Positions 25,440 through 37,669 of a DNA stretch of 64,000 nucleotides are shown piece after piece. How positions within the stretch are numbered: position 1 is the stretch's first letter; every line of letters starts with the position of its first letter. Where the stretch lies: NCBI GenBank assembly GCA_043228905.1, contig JBHGNT010000020.1, positions 1,612,001-1,676,000 of the forward strand, read 5' to 3'. Both the position numbers and the translations under genes were made by a program. The notes below the pieces were generated by a model, which was given only the letters and a program-made list of their open reading frames with translations, ran no database searches and had not been told where the DNA came from. The DNA is from Azolla caroliniana. Taxonomy: Eukaryota; Plantae; Polypodiophyta.

Positions 25440-25703
25440 TGTCGTGAAGAATTTCGGCCAGAGGCGGAAACCGGGAAACATTGGCTACATCGGCGGGGTG
25501 CAACGTGTGTACGCACCCATGTACATTTAGTGTGAATATCGAGGGCGCATTTATGGCGCCGAAGAGTAGTCAAGTCGGGACAGACGATCCCGTGTAAGTC
25601 GGGATTTATCCCAGATTGTAACGCATCCCTCTCCTTGTTCTATAAAAGGAAGGGAACGCCCTTTGTGAAAGGGTTGCCCATTTTGCATTAGAGGGTATAC
25701 CGT
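25440..25703 (+). repeat. GyB truncated 3' LTR
   Basis: Matches 11188-~11451, then switches to CopA pol. Confidence 0.9.
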
Positions 25704-28061
25704 GAGGAGGAAGCCGAGGAGACGGCTTACGCGCAAAGAGAAAGGGAAGAAGAAGGTGTTGGATTCCGGCACGGAAAGGAACGAGTCAGACCGACGCGAG
25801 TCCGACTCCGAGGGAACCGGTGACGGGTCTTTAAAGGTGAAGAACGCGTTGACCGAGAAGGCCTCGACATCGGCTAATGTGAGATTACGCCGATCTACCC
25901 GCCAGAAGAATCCTGTTTTGCGGTTTGGATACAACGAGTACATGGCGCATCATTATGCGTACATGACCCGTGTAGCTGAAGTGCGTGAGCCGGAGAGCTA
26001 CGCAGAAGCGGCTAAAGACGCGAATTGGCGTGCCGCGATGGAGGAAGAGATGCACACATTGGCGGAGAACGAGACCTGGGACCTGGTTGACGCACCAAGA
26101 GGAGTAAAACCGATCGGGTGTAGGTGGGTGTACAAGGTCAAGTACAACACCGATGGCTCGGTCAACCGGTACAAGGCTCGGCTAGTGGCAAAGGGCTACG
26201 CGCAGAAACATGGCATCGACTACGATGAGACGTTTGCGCCGGTCGCGAAAATGACGACCGTCCGTGTTTTGCTTGCAGTAGCTGCGGTGAAAGGGTGGCA
26301 CTTACATCAGATGGATGTAAAGAATGCGTTCCTGCAAGGTGACCTTGAGGAACAGGTGTACATGGTACAACCCCCCGGATTTCACTCCAGAACGAACTCC
26401 TCGGCAGTATGCCGACTTAAGAAGTCCCTTTACAGACTGAAGCAAGCCCCGTGTGTCAAGAACGCGAAGATCACGCAACAACTGCGTCGGATGGGCTTCG
26501 TCACGTCAAAATCGGACTCTTCCCTGTTCATCCGGAAAGGTCGACTCGGACCGGTCAGTATTTTACTATATGTTGATGACTTGGTCATCACCGGCGCCGA
26601 CCTACGTGAAATCGACCGCATGAAGCTCCAGCTTGCGGCATCATTCGACATGAAGGATATGGGGGACCTTCATTACTTCCTCGGGATCGAAGTGATCCGT
26701 ACCCCCGAAGGCATATTGATCAGCCAACGTCACTACGTTCTAAGTATGCTCTTCAAATTCGGGATGGCCGACTGTAAGTCTGTCTCGACTCCTCTGGACA
26801 GAACCGTCAAGCTTCGTCTCGATACAGGAACGGTATGCGACCCGACGAGGTTCCGAAAAATTGTCGGAAGCCTCATATACTTGACCATCACCCGACCCGA
26901 CCTCAGTTATCCGGTTGGAGTGATCAGTTAGTTCATGGCGCGACCTACCGAGGAACACCTTTAGTGTGCGCAACGCATACTTCGGTATGTCAACGGCACT
27001 AAGGACCGGGGACTGCTATATCGGACCGGTGCAGCCGTGCAGTTAGTCGGCTACACCGATGCTGACTGGGCGGGCAACGCCGCCGATCGCCGATCCACGT
27101 CCGGATACGCGTTCTCCCTCGGGAGTGCCGCGATCGCATGGAGCAGTAAGAAGCAGCTGACAGTTGCACTGTTGAGCACCGAAGCTGAGTACCGAGGAGT
27201 GGCTGTCGCGACATGCGAAGCCATATGGTTGAAGCGGCTACTTAAGGACCTGCAAGAGGAGGTGTCAAATCTGACGACGATCTACTGCGACAACCTCAGC
27301 AACATCTAGCTCGCGAAAAACCCCGTTTTCCACGCACGGACCAAGCACATTGAGGTGCGCTACCATTTCGTTCGTGAGCGTGTCCTTTCCGGTGAAGTCG
27401 AACTTCAGTACATTCCGACGGATCGGCAGACTGCCGGCATCTTCACTAAGCCCCTTGGTCTGGACAAGTTGCGGCTATTCTCCGGTGCGCTCGGATTGCG
27501 TCACCTCCACGTGCCAAAGTTGAGGGGGAGAACAGTCCCGAACGACCAAGCAAAGCAGCAGGAAAGGAGCGGAGGCCGCGACACCGAGTCGGTTGACTCG
27601 GCTGTTGACTCGGTTGTCGAGTTCGACTTCGGATCGGCTGAAGAAGCCGAGGGCGAACCCACGGAAAAGTCCGAAAGCAGCCGAAGGAGAGACCGAAGCC
27701 AACCACGCATGGGGAAGATGACGCCACCAAGGGCGAGAAGACTGAAGACGAGTTGGAGACAGCCAACTCGGACGGGAGCGAAAACCGATCGGAGGTAGCC
27801 GAGTCGGTTCGGATGTTTGATTCAGATACGCTGAATCAACCGAGGCCCAAGCAGAAGAAAAGGTAGCAGGAGAAGCGTCAACACCGCAACATCAGAAGAG
27901 CTGATAAGGGCCGCATGAGCAGACAAGCCGACCGGAAGGGTCGAAGCGCGCGGAGTCGAACAGGTCAAGAAGCGCAAGAGAGGCGTGAAGCCAGGAGGAA
28001 CCGGAGCTGTGAGCCCGAGGATCCCGAAGAGCCTCGAGTTGAGCTTGAGGGGGAGTGTTGA
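25704..28061 (+). pseudogene. pol: CopA RT-RNaseH and C-terminal extension
   Basis: [49 protein letters not shown]; several TAG stops. Confidence 0.93.
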
Positions 28062-28458
28062 TAGACAAGCTCAACATCGGCCGGATCGGCTGAAGAAGCC
28101 GAGGACCGGATCGGTTGGGACCGATCGGTTAGGCCGAGTGCGTAAACCGGGAGGCCGTTAGGAAAGATATTCCGTGAGGAATATATTTGGGAGTTAGTGT
28201 AGGAGCTCTTAATGAGCATTGAAGTACGGTCAGTACTTCGGTCAGTCCTTCGAGGACTTGTATAAAAGTGTTCATGGAACACACATATGTACAGTGTAGT
28301 GAATTGAGATCCTTTGTTGAATATAGTTCTTGTATTTTCTCTCTCTCACTCTCTCTGTCTCTCCCACGTATACTGCGTAAGCTCAAGCTCTCCATTAAAC
28401 CTGAGTTTTCTTCCTTTTGTTCGGTCTTCATACTTGCTTTTGCACGTTACTTTTTATA
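28056..28458 (+). repeat. CopA 3' LTR
   Basis: Copy of 10505-10907, followed by TSD GTGTT. Confidence 0.95.
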
Positions 28459-30468
28459 GTGTTCTAGAAGCTTTGGTGTATTCGGTTAATCGGAGATATA
28501 TCTCGAAATACTTTCATTAATGTCTTTGTTTGAACCCCCCCCCCCCCACGACTCGAACTATCTAGAAGCAGATTCCAAATTTGCCTACCCGTAGTGGAAA
28601 GAACATCATTCGATAATCTTGTTCGGGTAGATTCAATGTGGGGTAACCCAACGAGAGGCAGATTCCCTGCGGGTTCTAACGAGATTGACGAGCCTATGGA
28701 CTTTTTTATCAACAATCAACGATCTAGAATCAACAATCACTTGTTCTCGAGGCTACTATCCACTACCAACACCCAGTCTCCTTCTTGAATCTTTCGTGGT
28801 CTCAATCTGTTTACTTTGTCAAAGCTTGCTTTGTTCTTTATCCGAGTTTCCTTCAATTTCTCAACAGCCTTTTCTACATCTTCTGCTTGACATTGTAGTT
28901 GTCAGATACGAACAGCTAGCAAGTCTTCTCTACTCATCTCTGACTCCCATGGTAGCATTGCCATGTAGCAATCTTCTCTTCAATCGGCATCATCGGCCTT
29001 TGTCCTATCATGAGCTCTATCGGCATATATCCTATTACCGAACTATGTGTGGTCCTATCCACCCACAATGCATATGGCAAGGCCTTTGGCCAATTACCTA
29101 CTTTACCTTTACATGCCTTTGCAAGTGCTTTAACTATCGGGCTATGAACTCTTTCTATCTTTCCATTTGCCTCAGGATTATATGTTGTTGTCAATGATAA
29201 CCAAATTCCAATTCTATCAAAGAACTCTCTTGCTTCATCAGAATTGAGCTCACCTCTATCAACCACTATCTTTCCTATACACCCATATCTACATACTATA
29301 TCCTCTAATATGAATTGACATATTGCCGATGTGGGCTTCGATCTTAGTTCTCTTCCTTCAATTTGATTTGTAAGGTCTTCTCTAGCGGGTACCCAGAACT
29401 TCTTTTGACCTACCCCCATTGGCATTGCCACTATATCAACCATCCACTTGTAATGTATGGTCGGTGAATAGGTCGGGTGCAACTCATCTCTATGCTTAAT
29501 GTTGGAGTAGATTTGATAGGTTGGGCATGTCTCGACATACCTCTTGATTTCGTTGTAGAATCCTGGCCACCAATATCTTTCCTTTATTTTACTGAATGTT
29601 TCCCAGCCTCCACGGTGTCCAGCCCACTCCTTGTCATGTAATTCCTTTAATATATGCTCCTGCTGCACTTGTTCACAGATAACCCGTTGTGGATTTCCCA
29701 TTTTATACTTTGGGTGCTTCCAAAGGTAACCTTGATGCAAAAAAATCGGTGTGCTTTCTTTCGGAAATTTGAGAAGTTTCTCCCACTCCAAGTTCCTTCC
29801 TTCCATGGTGCTTATAGATACTTCCCGATTTCCTTAAACTCTTCGTTATACTCTTCTTCTTTAAACTCATATTCTTCATGTGGCTCAGACCCTTTAATTG
29901 CATTTATGACTAAAGCTGATTCTTCTTCATCGCTATCTGATTCTGCTACTTCCTCTTTTTCATATTTCGCTCTAGATAACATATCAACCATTACATTCTT
30001 CTCACCAGATATATGTCCAACATCTGGGTTGATAGTTTTGATATAGACACAGCACCTAAGCATTGCTTGGTCTAGAATATTGCAATTTGCAATAATCCCA
30101 AGAGCTGGCAAGCAATCTGTCTCCACAATCACCTCAGCACCAACCAGATAGTCCTTATCTGTATTTATAGCGATGATTATCCCCCAGAGCTCTCTCTTCA
30201 CTTGCGCTTACTTTCGTTGACGTCCGCTAAGTTTCAAAGCAGGAGCTTTTGCCAAATTCTCCTTCAGTCTTCTAATTACATTTGAGTGTTCTTCTGTCCA
30301 CTCGAATGCTTCCCCTTTTCTTAATAGTTGATACAATGGATCTGATATGTGGGCATAATGTGGAATCCACCTACAATAGAAGACACATGCACCCAAGAAC
30401 CTCCAAACTTCAGATACAGAGATGCATTCCTCTTTCATATTCTGTATTACATTGATCTTCGTTGGTGT

Positions 30469-30902
30469 TGTCATGAACACATGACCATTATGGCGTCACC
30501 CGAACTTGAACCTCGAACCTTGTAATCCATACTTGAAAACTTCAACCATTAAGATAGCTTATTGTTATATGAAACAATAAAAGCTACTTCTTGTATTACA
30601 TTGATTATTGTAAAAACTCTAGATTATTCTAGAATGTTCTAGAATGTCCTAGAGCATTCTAGGTCTAGAACATTCTAGAAATCTCTAAGCTATTCTATAG
30701 GAACCTATAAATAAGGGCATACATGTATTCTCAAATCAATTCGAATCAACACCAGTCTTTAGCTCTCATTACATATCTTGTATCCATTCTCTTTCTTTCT
30801 CTATCTTATACATCCATTCTTCTCTTAGTATTTCGTTCCTTTCTTCTCGTGTTCTCTAATATCCTTCTTCCATCACTCTATCTTTTATCCTTGGTTCTGA
30901 CA
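30469..30902 (+). mobile_element. Solo LTR (434 bp) with architecture like the GyG LTR
   Basis: TGTCATG...CTGACA, TSD GGTGT/GGTGC, TATA near 30706, HSE array; splits host codons GRKPAP|TKI. Confidence 0.88.
30626..30681. promoter_or_regulatory. Heat-shock element array
   Basis: TTCtaGAAtgTTCtaGAA (30627-30644) and GAAcaTTCtaGAA (30668-30680), upstream of TATAAAT. Confidence 0.7.
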
Positions 30903-31445
30903 GGTGCTGGCTTCCTTCCGTATGGCCCACACATATGTCCTACTAGCACTTCTTGAACCCCAAATATTGATTTTGGAGTCGAAAGTGTTAGGTGTACCTC
31001 CTCTAGTCTTGAAAGCACTTTATCATAATCTTCTATGTAATCCTAGACAAACTTCCAACATCTACCACTATCCAATTCTTCATTCTTCATTCTTTCCTCA
31101 CATCCTATAATGGGTATATCATCCAAGAAAGGCATGGTTATGTGAGGAATAAAATCTCGGAGAACTTTGTGCATACCATTCATCATGTGATTGACCGTGT
31201 TGGTCGCACCTTGAGGTAGGGTACACATCCGAAGTAATCCAATAGGAGTCCTAATCGAGGTGATATCTCGACTACCGACCGCAAGCTAGAACTAGTCGTA
31301 GCCGGAGTAGAGATCACACATGGACTAGATCGCCCTTCTGGCGAACATCTCTGCAAACTCATCTATTATCGGCCCTACTCCTAAATTCCGGATAGTAACT
31401 TGATTTGTAGGTTGCATGTCTTGAATGAATCAAAGCCACCCATCA

Positions 31446-32055
31446 TGTTAGGATTTCGGTCCCTCCGGATGGGATGAGGAAGACCCGGTGAGAACCGGAT
31501 GATAAGTACCCGGCAAGGAAGACCCGGTGAAAACCGGATGACGCAGGCCTGGTGAGAACCTCTCACCGGATGAAGGGACATATATGTAAATATGTCTCTG
31601 GTAGCCCATTGAGGCTACATTTGTAAATAGCCCGAAAGTCATATTAGTATAAATATGACCTAGGGCAAATAGAGGATATGTTGATGTATTATTTGAGTTG
31701 TCATTTTTTTGTATAGAGTTATTGGTGTAACTGTTGTACAAAGTGTAGCAGAGAGAGAGAGAGAGAGAGAGGGAGGGAGATACAGAGTGATTCTCTGTTG
31801 TAACCACCGCTAGGTGAAGAGAGTGAGCACAAGGTCGTTGCCTCTTTGCCCCCTGTTGTATTCGTCTCGACATAGTGATAGTTGGAGTTTGTGGACTCCC
31901 ATGGTTTTTCCCTCTCAGGGTTTTCCACGTTAACATCCTGTGCATTCTCTTCTGTTTGTGTACTTACTTCCATTTCCCATTTTGTGTGCGATTGATAATC
32001 ATTAAGTGATTGAAGACTCGATTGTGGCCGAGTACTATTCCGCATATTCTCATCA
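31446..32055 (+). repeat. CopE 5' LTR
   Basis: TGTTAGGA...CTCATCA, followed by a tRNA-iMet PBS. Confidence 0.92.
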
Positions 32056-32073
32056 ATCTGGTATCAGAGCAAA

Positions 32074-33684
32074 ATGACACAGAAAATGGAAGATTCGTTG
32101 GGAGGCATGTTCAAGCTCACCGGCTCCAACTACTCAGTGTGGAAGTCGAAGGTGAGGGACATGCTGTTGGTCAAAGACCTTTGGTTTCCGGTTCAGTTCG
32201 GGGACAAGAGACCGGACAAGATCGATGCCACGATATGGGAGGTGATGCACATGAAGACGACAACATACATTCGGTGTTTCATCGACATGAGCTTGTACAA
32301 CAACTTTAATGAGGAGAGCAAGGCTCATGAGCTCTAGGAGAAGATCGACATTATGTTTCAGAACAAAAATGTCGTTAATCGGGTTTCGGTATTCCAGAAG
32401 CTAGTGCAGCTCCGGTACCAAGATGGCTACATCATGGCGGAGCACATGAATGCCTTCCAGGGGCTGATTCACCAGGCAACATCGTTGGAAGTACCTCTCG
32501 TCGATGAGGTACTATCATTACTCCTACTCGGTTCCCTCCAGGATAGTTGGGAGACGTTAGTTGTCACTTTGGGCAACGCCAGGCCGGAAGGAAAACAATT
32601 GTCCCTAGCAAGAGTCAAGTCAAGCTTGCTAGATGAGGAGGCGCGTCGGAAAGACAAGGATACGAGCTCCGACTCCAAAGCGCTCCTTACTGAATCGGAA
32701 CGCGGAAGACAAAGGAACTGTAGTCCCCAGAACCGGGAAAAGTTGGGGACATGATCAAAGTCAAGGGGAAGGCCCACTTGCTTCTACTGTGGGAAGCCGG
32801 GGCACTTCCAGAAGAACTGTCGGCATTTCCGAAAAGAAAAGGAAACCGATAGTACCGATTCGAAGCGGTCACCGGACCGGAACGACAAAGACCGGAGAGG
32901 ACCGGACTGGAAGGGAACGACGACAATCGCGGCATGTGAAGAAGAGTTGATGCTCATCATCGAGGAGAGTGAGTTGAACCTTGCCGGCGATGAGACAACG
33001 TGGGTTGTCGAGTCTGGAGCGTCGTTCCACCTTACCCCGGACCGGAAATGCTTCTCATCCTACACAGCCGGTGATCACGACTGTGTCCGGATGGGGAATG
33101 AAGGTACATGCCGAATTGTCGGCATAGGAGACGTGTGGTTGACAACACCAACCGGATGCAAGTTGCTGCTGAAGGATGTCCGACACGTTTCGGAGGTTCG
33201 ATTGAACCTGATATCAGCCGGTCGGCTGGATGATGAAGGCTACACAGGTAGCATCTAGAACGGAGTCATGAAATTCAGCAAAGGGAGCCTGATAGTGGCT
33301 CGGGCCCGGAAAGTCAACACGTTGTACTTGATGAATGCCCGGTTATGCCCGAAAGAAGTGAACGTTGCATCCGACACTACCAGTGAGCTGTGGCACAAGA
33401 GACTGTGTCACATGAGCGAGAAGGGGATGAGGAGGCTTGTTGATGACAACCTCATTCCAGTGAAGGACATGCATCTTGAGAGGTGCACCGATTGCCTGGC
33501 CGGTAAGCAAAACCGGACTTCCTTCCGATCAAGGCCACCGATGAGACGTAATGCACCACTGGAGTTAGTGCATACCAATGTGTGTCAAGTGGACACAAAG
33601 TCACATGCCGGATCGCAGTACTTCGTGACGTTCATAGATAACCACAACCGGAAGCTGTGGGCCTCACCGTTGAAGACTAAGGAC
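32074..33684 (+). pseudogene. pol: CopE gag-PR-INT N-terminus
   Basis: CFYCGKPGHFQKNC knuckle, WVVESGAS protease, LWHKRLCH zinc finger; ends at the junction with the CopI 3' UTR. Confidence 0.9.
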
Positions 33685-33707
33685 CTCAAGTTGAGCTTGA
33701 GGGGGAG

Positions 33708-34132
33708 TGTTGAGTGGCAAGCTCAATTGGAGCCGGATCGGCTGGATAAGCCTGAGCCGGCGAGCGAGACGGATCGGTGAGCCGGTGAGCACCTGGTGAG
33801 CATAAGAGCCGGTGAGTTGGGGAGCCGGTTAGCCGGATCCATCAGTAACCGGAAGCCTAGTAGCAGCTAGACTACTAGGGAGTTATTACTCTCGTAGTTA
33901 GTGTCAGACGCTCGAGTGAGCATTGAACTACACCGTACTTCTGTCAGTCCGTATGGACTTGTATAAAAGTGTATAAAAGTGTTTGTTGTACATAGTGTTG
34001 ATATAATTTTTGAATAGAGATTCTTGTTCTGCTCTCTCTGTCTCTGTCTCTCCCACGTACTGTTAAGCTCTCCATTAAACCTGTCCTCTATTTTCTGTTT
34101 TTTATTGCTTCCGCACGCTATTTGTTTTTACA
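33708..34132 (+). repeat. CopI left LTR
   Basis: TGTTGAG...TTTACA; similar to 54582-55008. Confidence 0.9.
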
Positions 34133-34232
34133 GGGTATCAGAGTGCGAGGGTTGAGAACCTCTGTAGCCGACATTCGCTTTCGCAAGAAGAAAACCTAAC
34201 CTTTGTAAAGAACAGAAGAGAAAAAAAAAACA

Positions 34233-36480
34233 ATGGATAGAGGAATGGCTAGCTTGCTTCTGGTGGAGAAGCTCGACAGATCCAACTACGCATCTTGGTC
34301 ATACAAGATGCACCAGTACCTGCTTGGGCATGGTTACTGGAGCTATGTCGACGAAGCTAACACACAACACCTGATGCGGCACACAAGGACTTCCCGGTGT
34401 GGAACAATCGGCAAGCAGAGTGATGTACTGCTTTGCATCGAGTGATGGAGACCAGCTGCTAAGCCACGTCTGAGATGTCGGGACGCCGAAAGAGGCTTGG
34501 GGAAACTTGAAGAAGGTGTTCGCCGCACGCACCACAGCCCGGAAGCTGCAACTCTGACAGGAGTTGAGCAATGTCCAACAGAAGGACATGTCGGTGGCTG
34601 ATTACATGGCCCGAATCAAAGAGATCTGTGACTCGCTTGCCTCTATCAACGTCACTGTAGAGGAAGACGTGATGGTACAGGTCTGTCTTGGGGGCTTGGC
34701 GTCTAAGTTCTGAACTTTCCGGACAACAGTATGTACGAGGGAGAATACGCCGTCATTTTTCGACTTACAATCGATGCTCCTTGTAGAGGAAAACCACGCC
34801 GGTGCGTCAACAAGTGCACCCACCGACAACCGGATGTTGTACACGGAGGCGAATAGGCCCCGTGGGCGTGGTGGATGAGGCGGGTCGGCACGCAAAAGAG
34901 GCAGCCGGCAAGGGCAAGACCGACGGCACAGAGACCGTGCCGACAACAGTTTCGGGACATCCACAAGCAGGGGGATTCAAGGTGGCGCCAGAGGCTGGCA
35001 AGACAAATCCACTACGGAATGTTGGTATTGTGGCAAAAAGGGCCACAGAGAAAGCGAGTGCTGGAAGAAGCGCGCCGATTCGGACAAATCTAGATCCGAC
35101 AAAACCGGTCGGGAGAACCGGCAAAGCTCGCACTACGCACAAGGATCGAGAGGAACCGGAACATTGGTGATGAAGCACGAGGCAAACTCGATGAAGAAGA
35201 CCACTTCCAAACCGGAGGAAGTGTGGTACGTTGATTCCGATGCGTCAAATCACATGACGAGCCACAAAGAGTGGTTCTCCTTCTTGGAGAAACCAGAACA
35301 ACCAGGAGTTGTCGAAACCGGAGACGACACTCCTCACCCAATCGTGCATGTCGGAGAAGTTCCCCTGCGCCACGTCGGAGAGAGGGGGAAGCTGATGAAC
35401 GTATTACACGTTCCGACTATCACGAAGAACCTGGTGTCGGTTGATGAAGAAGACCACTTCCAAACCGGAGGAAGTGTGGTACGTTGATTCCGATGCGTCA
35501 AATCACATGACGAGCCACAAAGAGTGGTTCTCCTTCTTGGAGAAACCAGAACAACCAGGAGTTGTCGAAACCGGAGACGACACTCCTCACCCAATCGTGC
35601 ATGTCGGAGAAGTTCCCCTGCGCCACGTCGGAGAGAGGGGGAAGCTGATGAACGTATTACACGTTCCGACTATCACGAAGAACCTGGCGTCGGTCGAACA
35701 GATCGTCAACCAAGGAATGCAGGTGCGGTTTACGCACCTCGGGTGCTTCATCAGGGAGGAGGGCCAGATTATCGTGCAAGGGCATAGAGATAGGAGGATG
35801 TTCATCCTCGACACCAATGACATTGGCACCACTTTGTTCGCCAAAGGACAGAAGGTCGAATCGGACATCGACCTGTGGCACAATTGGATCGGCCACGTCA
35901 ATTACTAGCAGCTTCAAGACTTGCAAACGAAAGTAGTTTTTTTCGGTTTGCCGAAGTTTAGTGGCCGGAAGGCCCAAGTATGTGAAGCCTGCCAACTCGG
36001 GAAGCAACACCGGCTTCCACTCCCTACTAAACAAAACCGTAGTCGTAACAAGCTCGACCTTATTCATTCGGATGTATGGGGATCGGCACAGAACGTGAGT
36101 CTTGACGGGAGTCGATACTTCGTCTCCTTTATCGACGACTATAGTCGGTACACATGGATCTACCTCATTGAGCGGAAGAGCGAAGTCTTCGACTGTTTCC
36201 GGAACCTCCAAAGCATGGTGGAATGGGAATCGGAGAGGAAGATCAAGTGCCTGCGGTCAGATGGCGAAAAAGAATATTTTTCCGGCCAATTCAACAGTTA
36301 TCTGCAGCAAACAGGAATTCGGAGAGAGTTTAGCTGCAAATACACACCAAAGCAAAATGGTGTGGCCGATAGGAAGAACTGGTCGCTTGTCAACGTGGCA
36401 AGGGCAATGCTGGAAGAGAAGAGCATGCCCCATTTCTACTGGGTCGAGGCGGTCTAGATGGCCATCTACATCCAAAACCG
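34233..36480 (+). pseudogene. pol: CopI gag-PR-INT
   Basis: EKLDRSNYASW, CWYCGKKGHRESEC, WYVDSDAS, HSDVWG, LRSDG; includes a 253-bp tandem duplication. Confidence 0.9.
35191..35696 (+). repeat. 253-bp direct tandem duplication of the protease region
   Basis: ATGAAGAAGACCACTTCC at 35191 and 35444; copies nearly identical. Confidence 0.92.
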
Positions 36481-36483
36481 GAT

Positions 36484-37068
36484 GGATAGACTCCGTATGC
36501 TCGTCTCTCCACTCGAATTTTCGCCCCTTTCTCAACAACCCGTATAACGGCTCCGCGGCATGGGCGTAATGCGGGATCCATATGTGGTAGAACGCGCATG
36601 CTCCCAAGAACCTCCGAACCTCCGTGATCGAGCTACAGTCGGGCTTCATCACGGAGATGGCTTCTACCTTAGCCGGAGACGGTTTCCGGCCGTACGGCTC
36701 GCGTAGGTGCCCAATGACCATGATCTCTGATTGCCCGAAGGCCGATTTTCACCCGGAGAAGGTGAGCCTCGCGCCCTCTAACCTCTGCAGCACCCTTTCG
36801 CAGTCATCGATGTGCGTCGCTACGAATTTCCGGCACCCGTCTGGTCCGATCGTCTCGTCCCTTTCCTCCACCGGGCATCCCTTGATCGGGACGTCGTCCA
36901 AAAACGGCATGGTGATGTCCGGAATACAATCCCTCAGCACCTTGTTCATTGCATTCACCATGTGAGCCACCGAGTTCGTCCCTCCTTGCGGTAGGGTACA
37001 CATCTGTACTAGGCCGAGAGGAGTTCGCATTGTCGTGATGTCTCTGCTCTCTATGGCTAGCTGGAACT
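36484..37068 (-). pseudogene. pol: GyH RT fragment
   Basis: ORFs 36749-37030 and 36257-36721 closely match the Gy1 RT. Confidence 0.9.
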
Positions 37069-37198
37069 GTCGCCTTCATCTCCGTCATCGCACGTTGTTC
37101 TTGTTGCATCCGCTCAACCATCATCATCATCATGTTCATCGCCTCTTGTTGATTCTCCATCCCCTTGCCACCCGTCTTCCCGTCGGGTTCACCAAATG

Positions 37199-37669
37199 TG
37201 TCGGCTCCGGATCGTTGCGTGAGTCGGGTGGGAACCGCCGAGGTTTTGGACTAGGAGGAAGAAAAATACAATAAGGCTAGTAAAGAATAGGTATAAAGAG
37301 TTATAAGATAAGAATCTCGTGAATCCCACGAGTTTAGTATATTTAGTTAGTATTTAGGTAGTAAGAGAGAATTATTTTAGCAAATTCGTGAATCCCACGA
37401 ATATTTTAGATTGATTGATCATTATAGAAAAATAATCAACAAAAACTACAATGTGCTCCCCATCCTTATATAGTGATGGGAGAGACTAAGCATAGCTACA
37501 TGGAGGTACAGGGTAAAGTTGAGATTTGGCTATGTGGAGGTACAGGGTTCGAATCCTGCCCTATGCACGTGATAAATATTTTGATATTCTTATTTTATTT
37601 ATTTATATATAATTAAATCGGTTATATTATTTTTACTTTTTCACGTAGTGTACGAAATACACTACGACA
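37199..37669 (-). repeat. H2 LTR (471 bp) followed by Trp PBS and gag start
   Basis: Minus strand TGTCGTAG...CCGACA, then TGGTGAACCCGACGGG and MENQQEAMNMMM. Confidence 0.75.

Larger units (their letters stand above)
11188..25703 (+). mobile_element. GyB: non-autonomous gag-only gypsy-type element
   Basis: 5' LTR 11188-~11970, Trp PBS, gag-like ORF, no pol, PPT AGGTGGGGGCGGA, and a 3' LTR from 25440 truncated near 25703 by a deletion. Confidence 0.88.
10505..28458 (+). mobile_element. CopA: Ty1/copia element, internally deleted, host of GyB and GyC
   Basis: Two 403-bp LTRs (10505-10907, 28056-28458), TSD GTGTT, PBS TGGTATCAGAGC at 10908, PPT GAGGGGGAG before 28056. Confidence 0.95.
28740..31445 (-). 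pseudogene. pol: GyF RT-RH-INT remnant
   Basis: ORFs 31043-31228 (LPQGATN, FLDD), 30208-30480, 29812-30201 and 28934-29806 (integrase). Confidence 0.9.
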
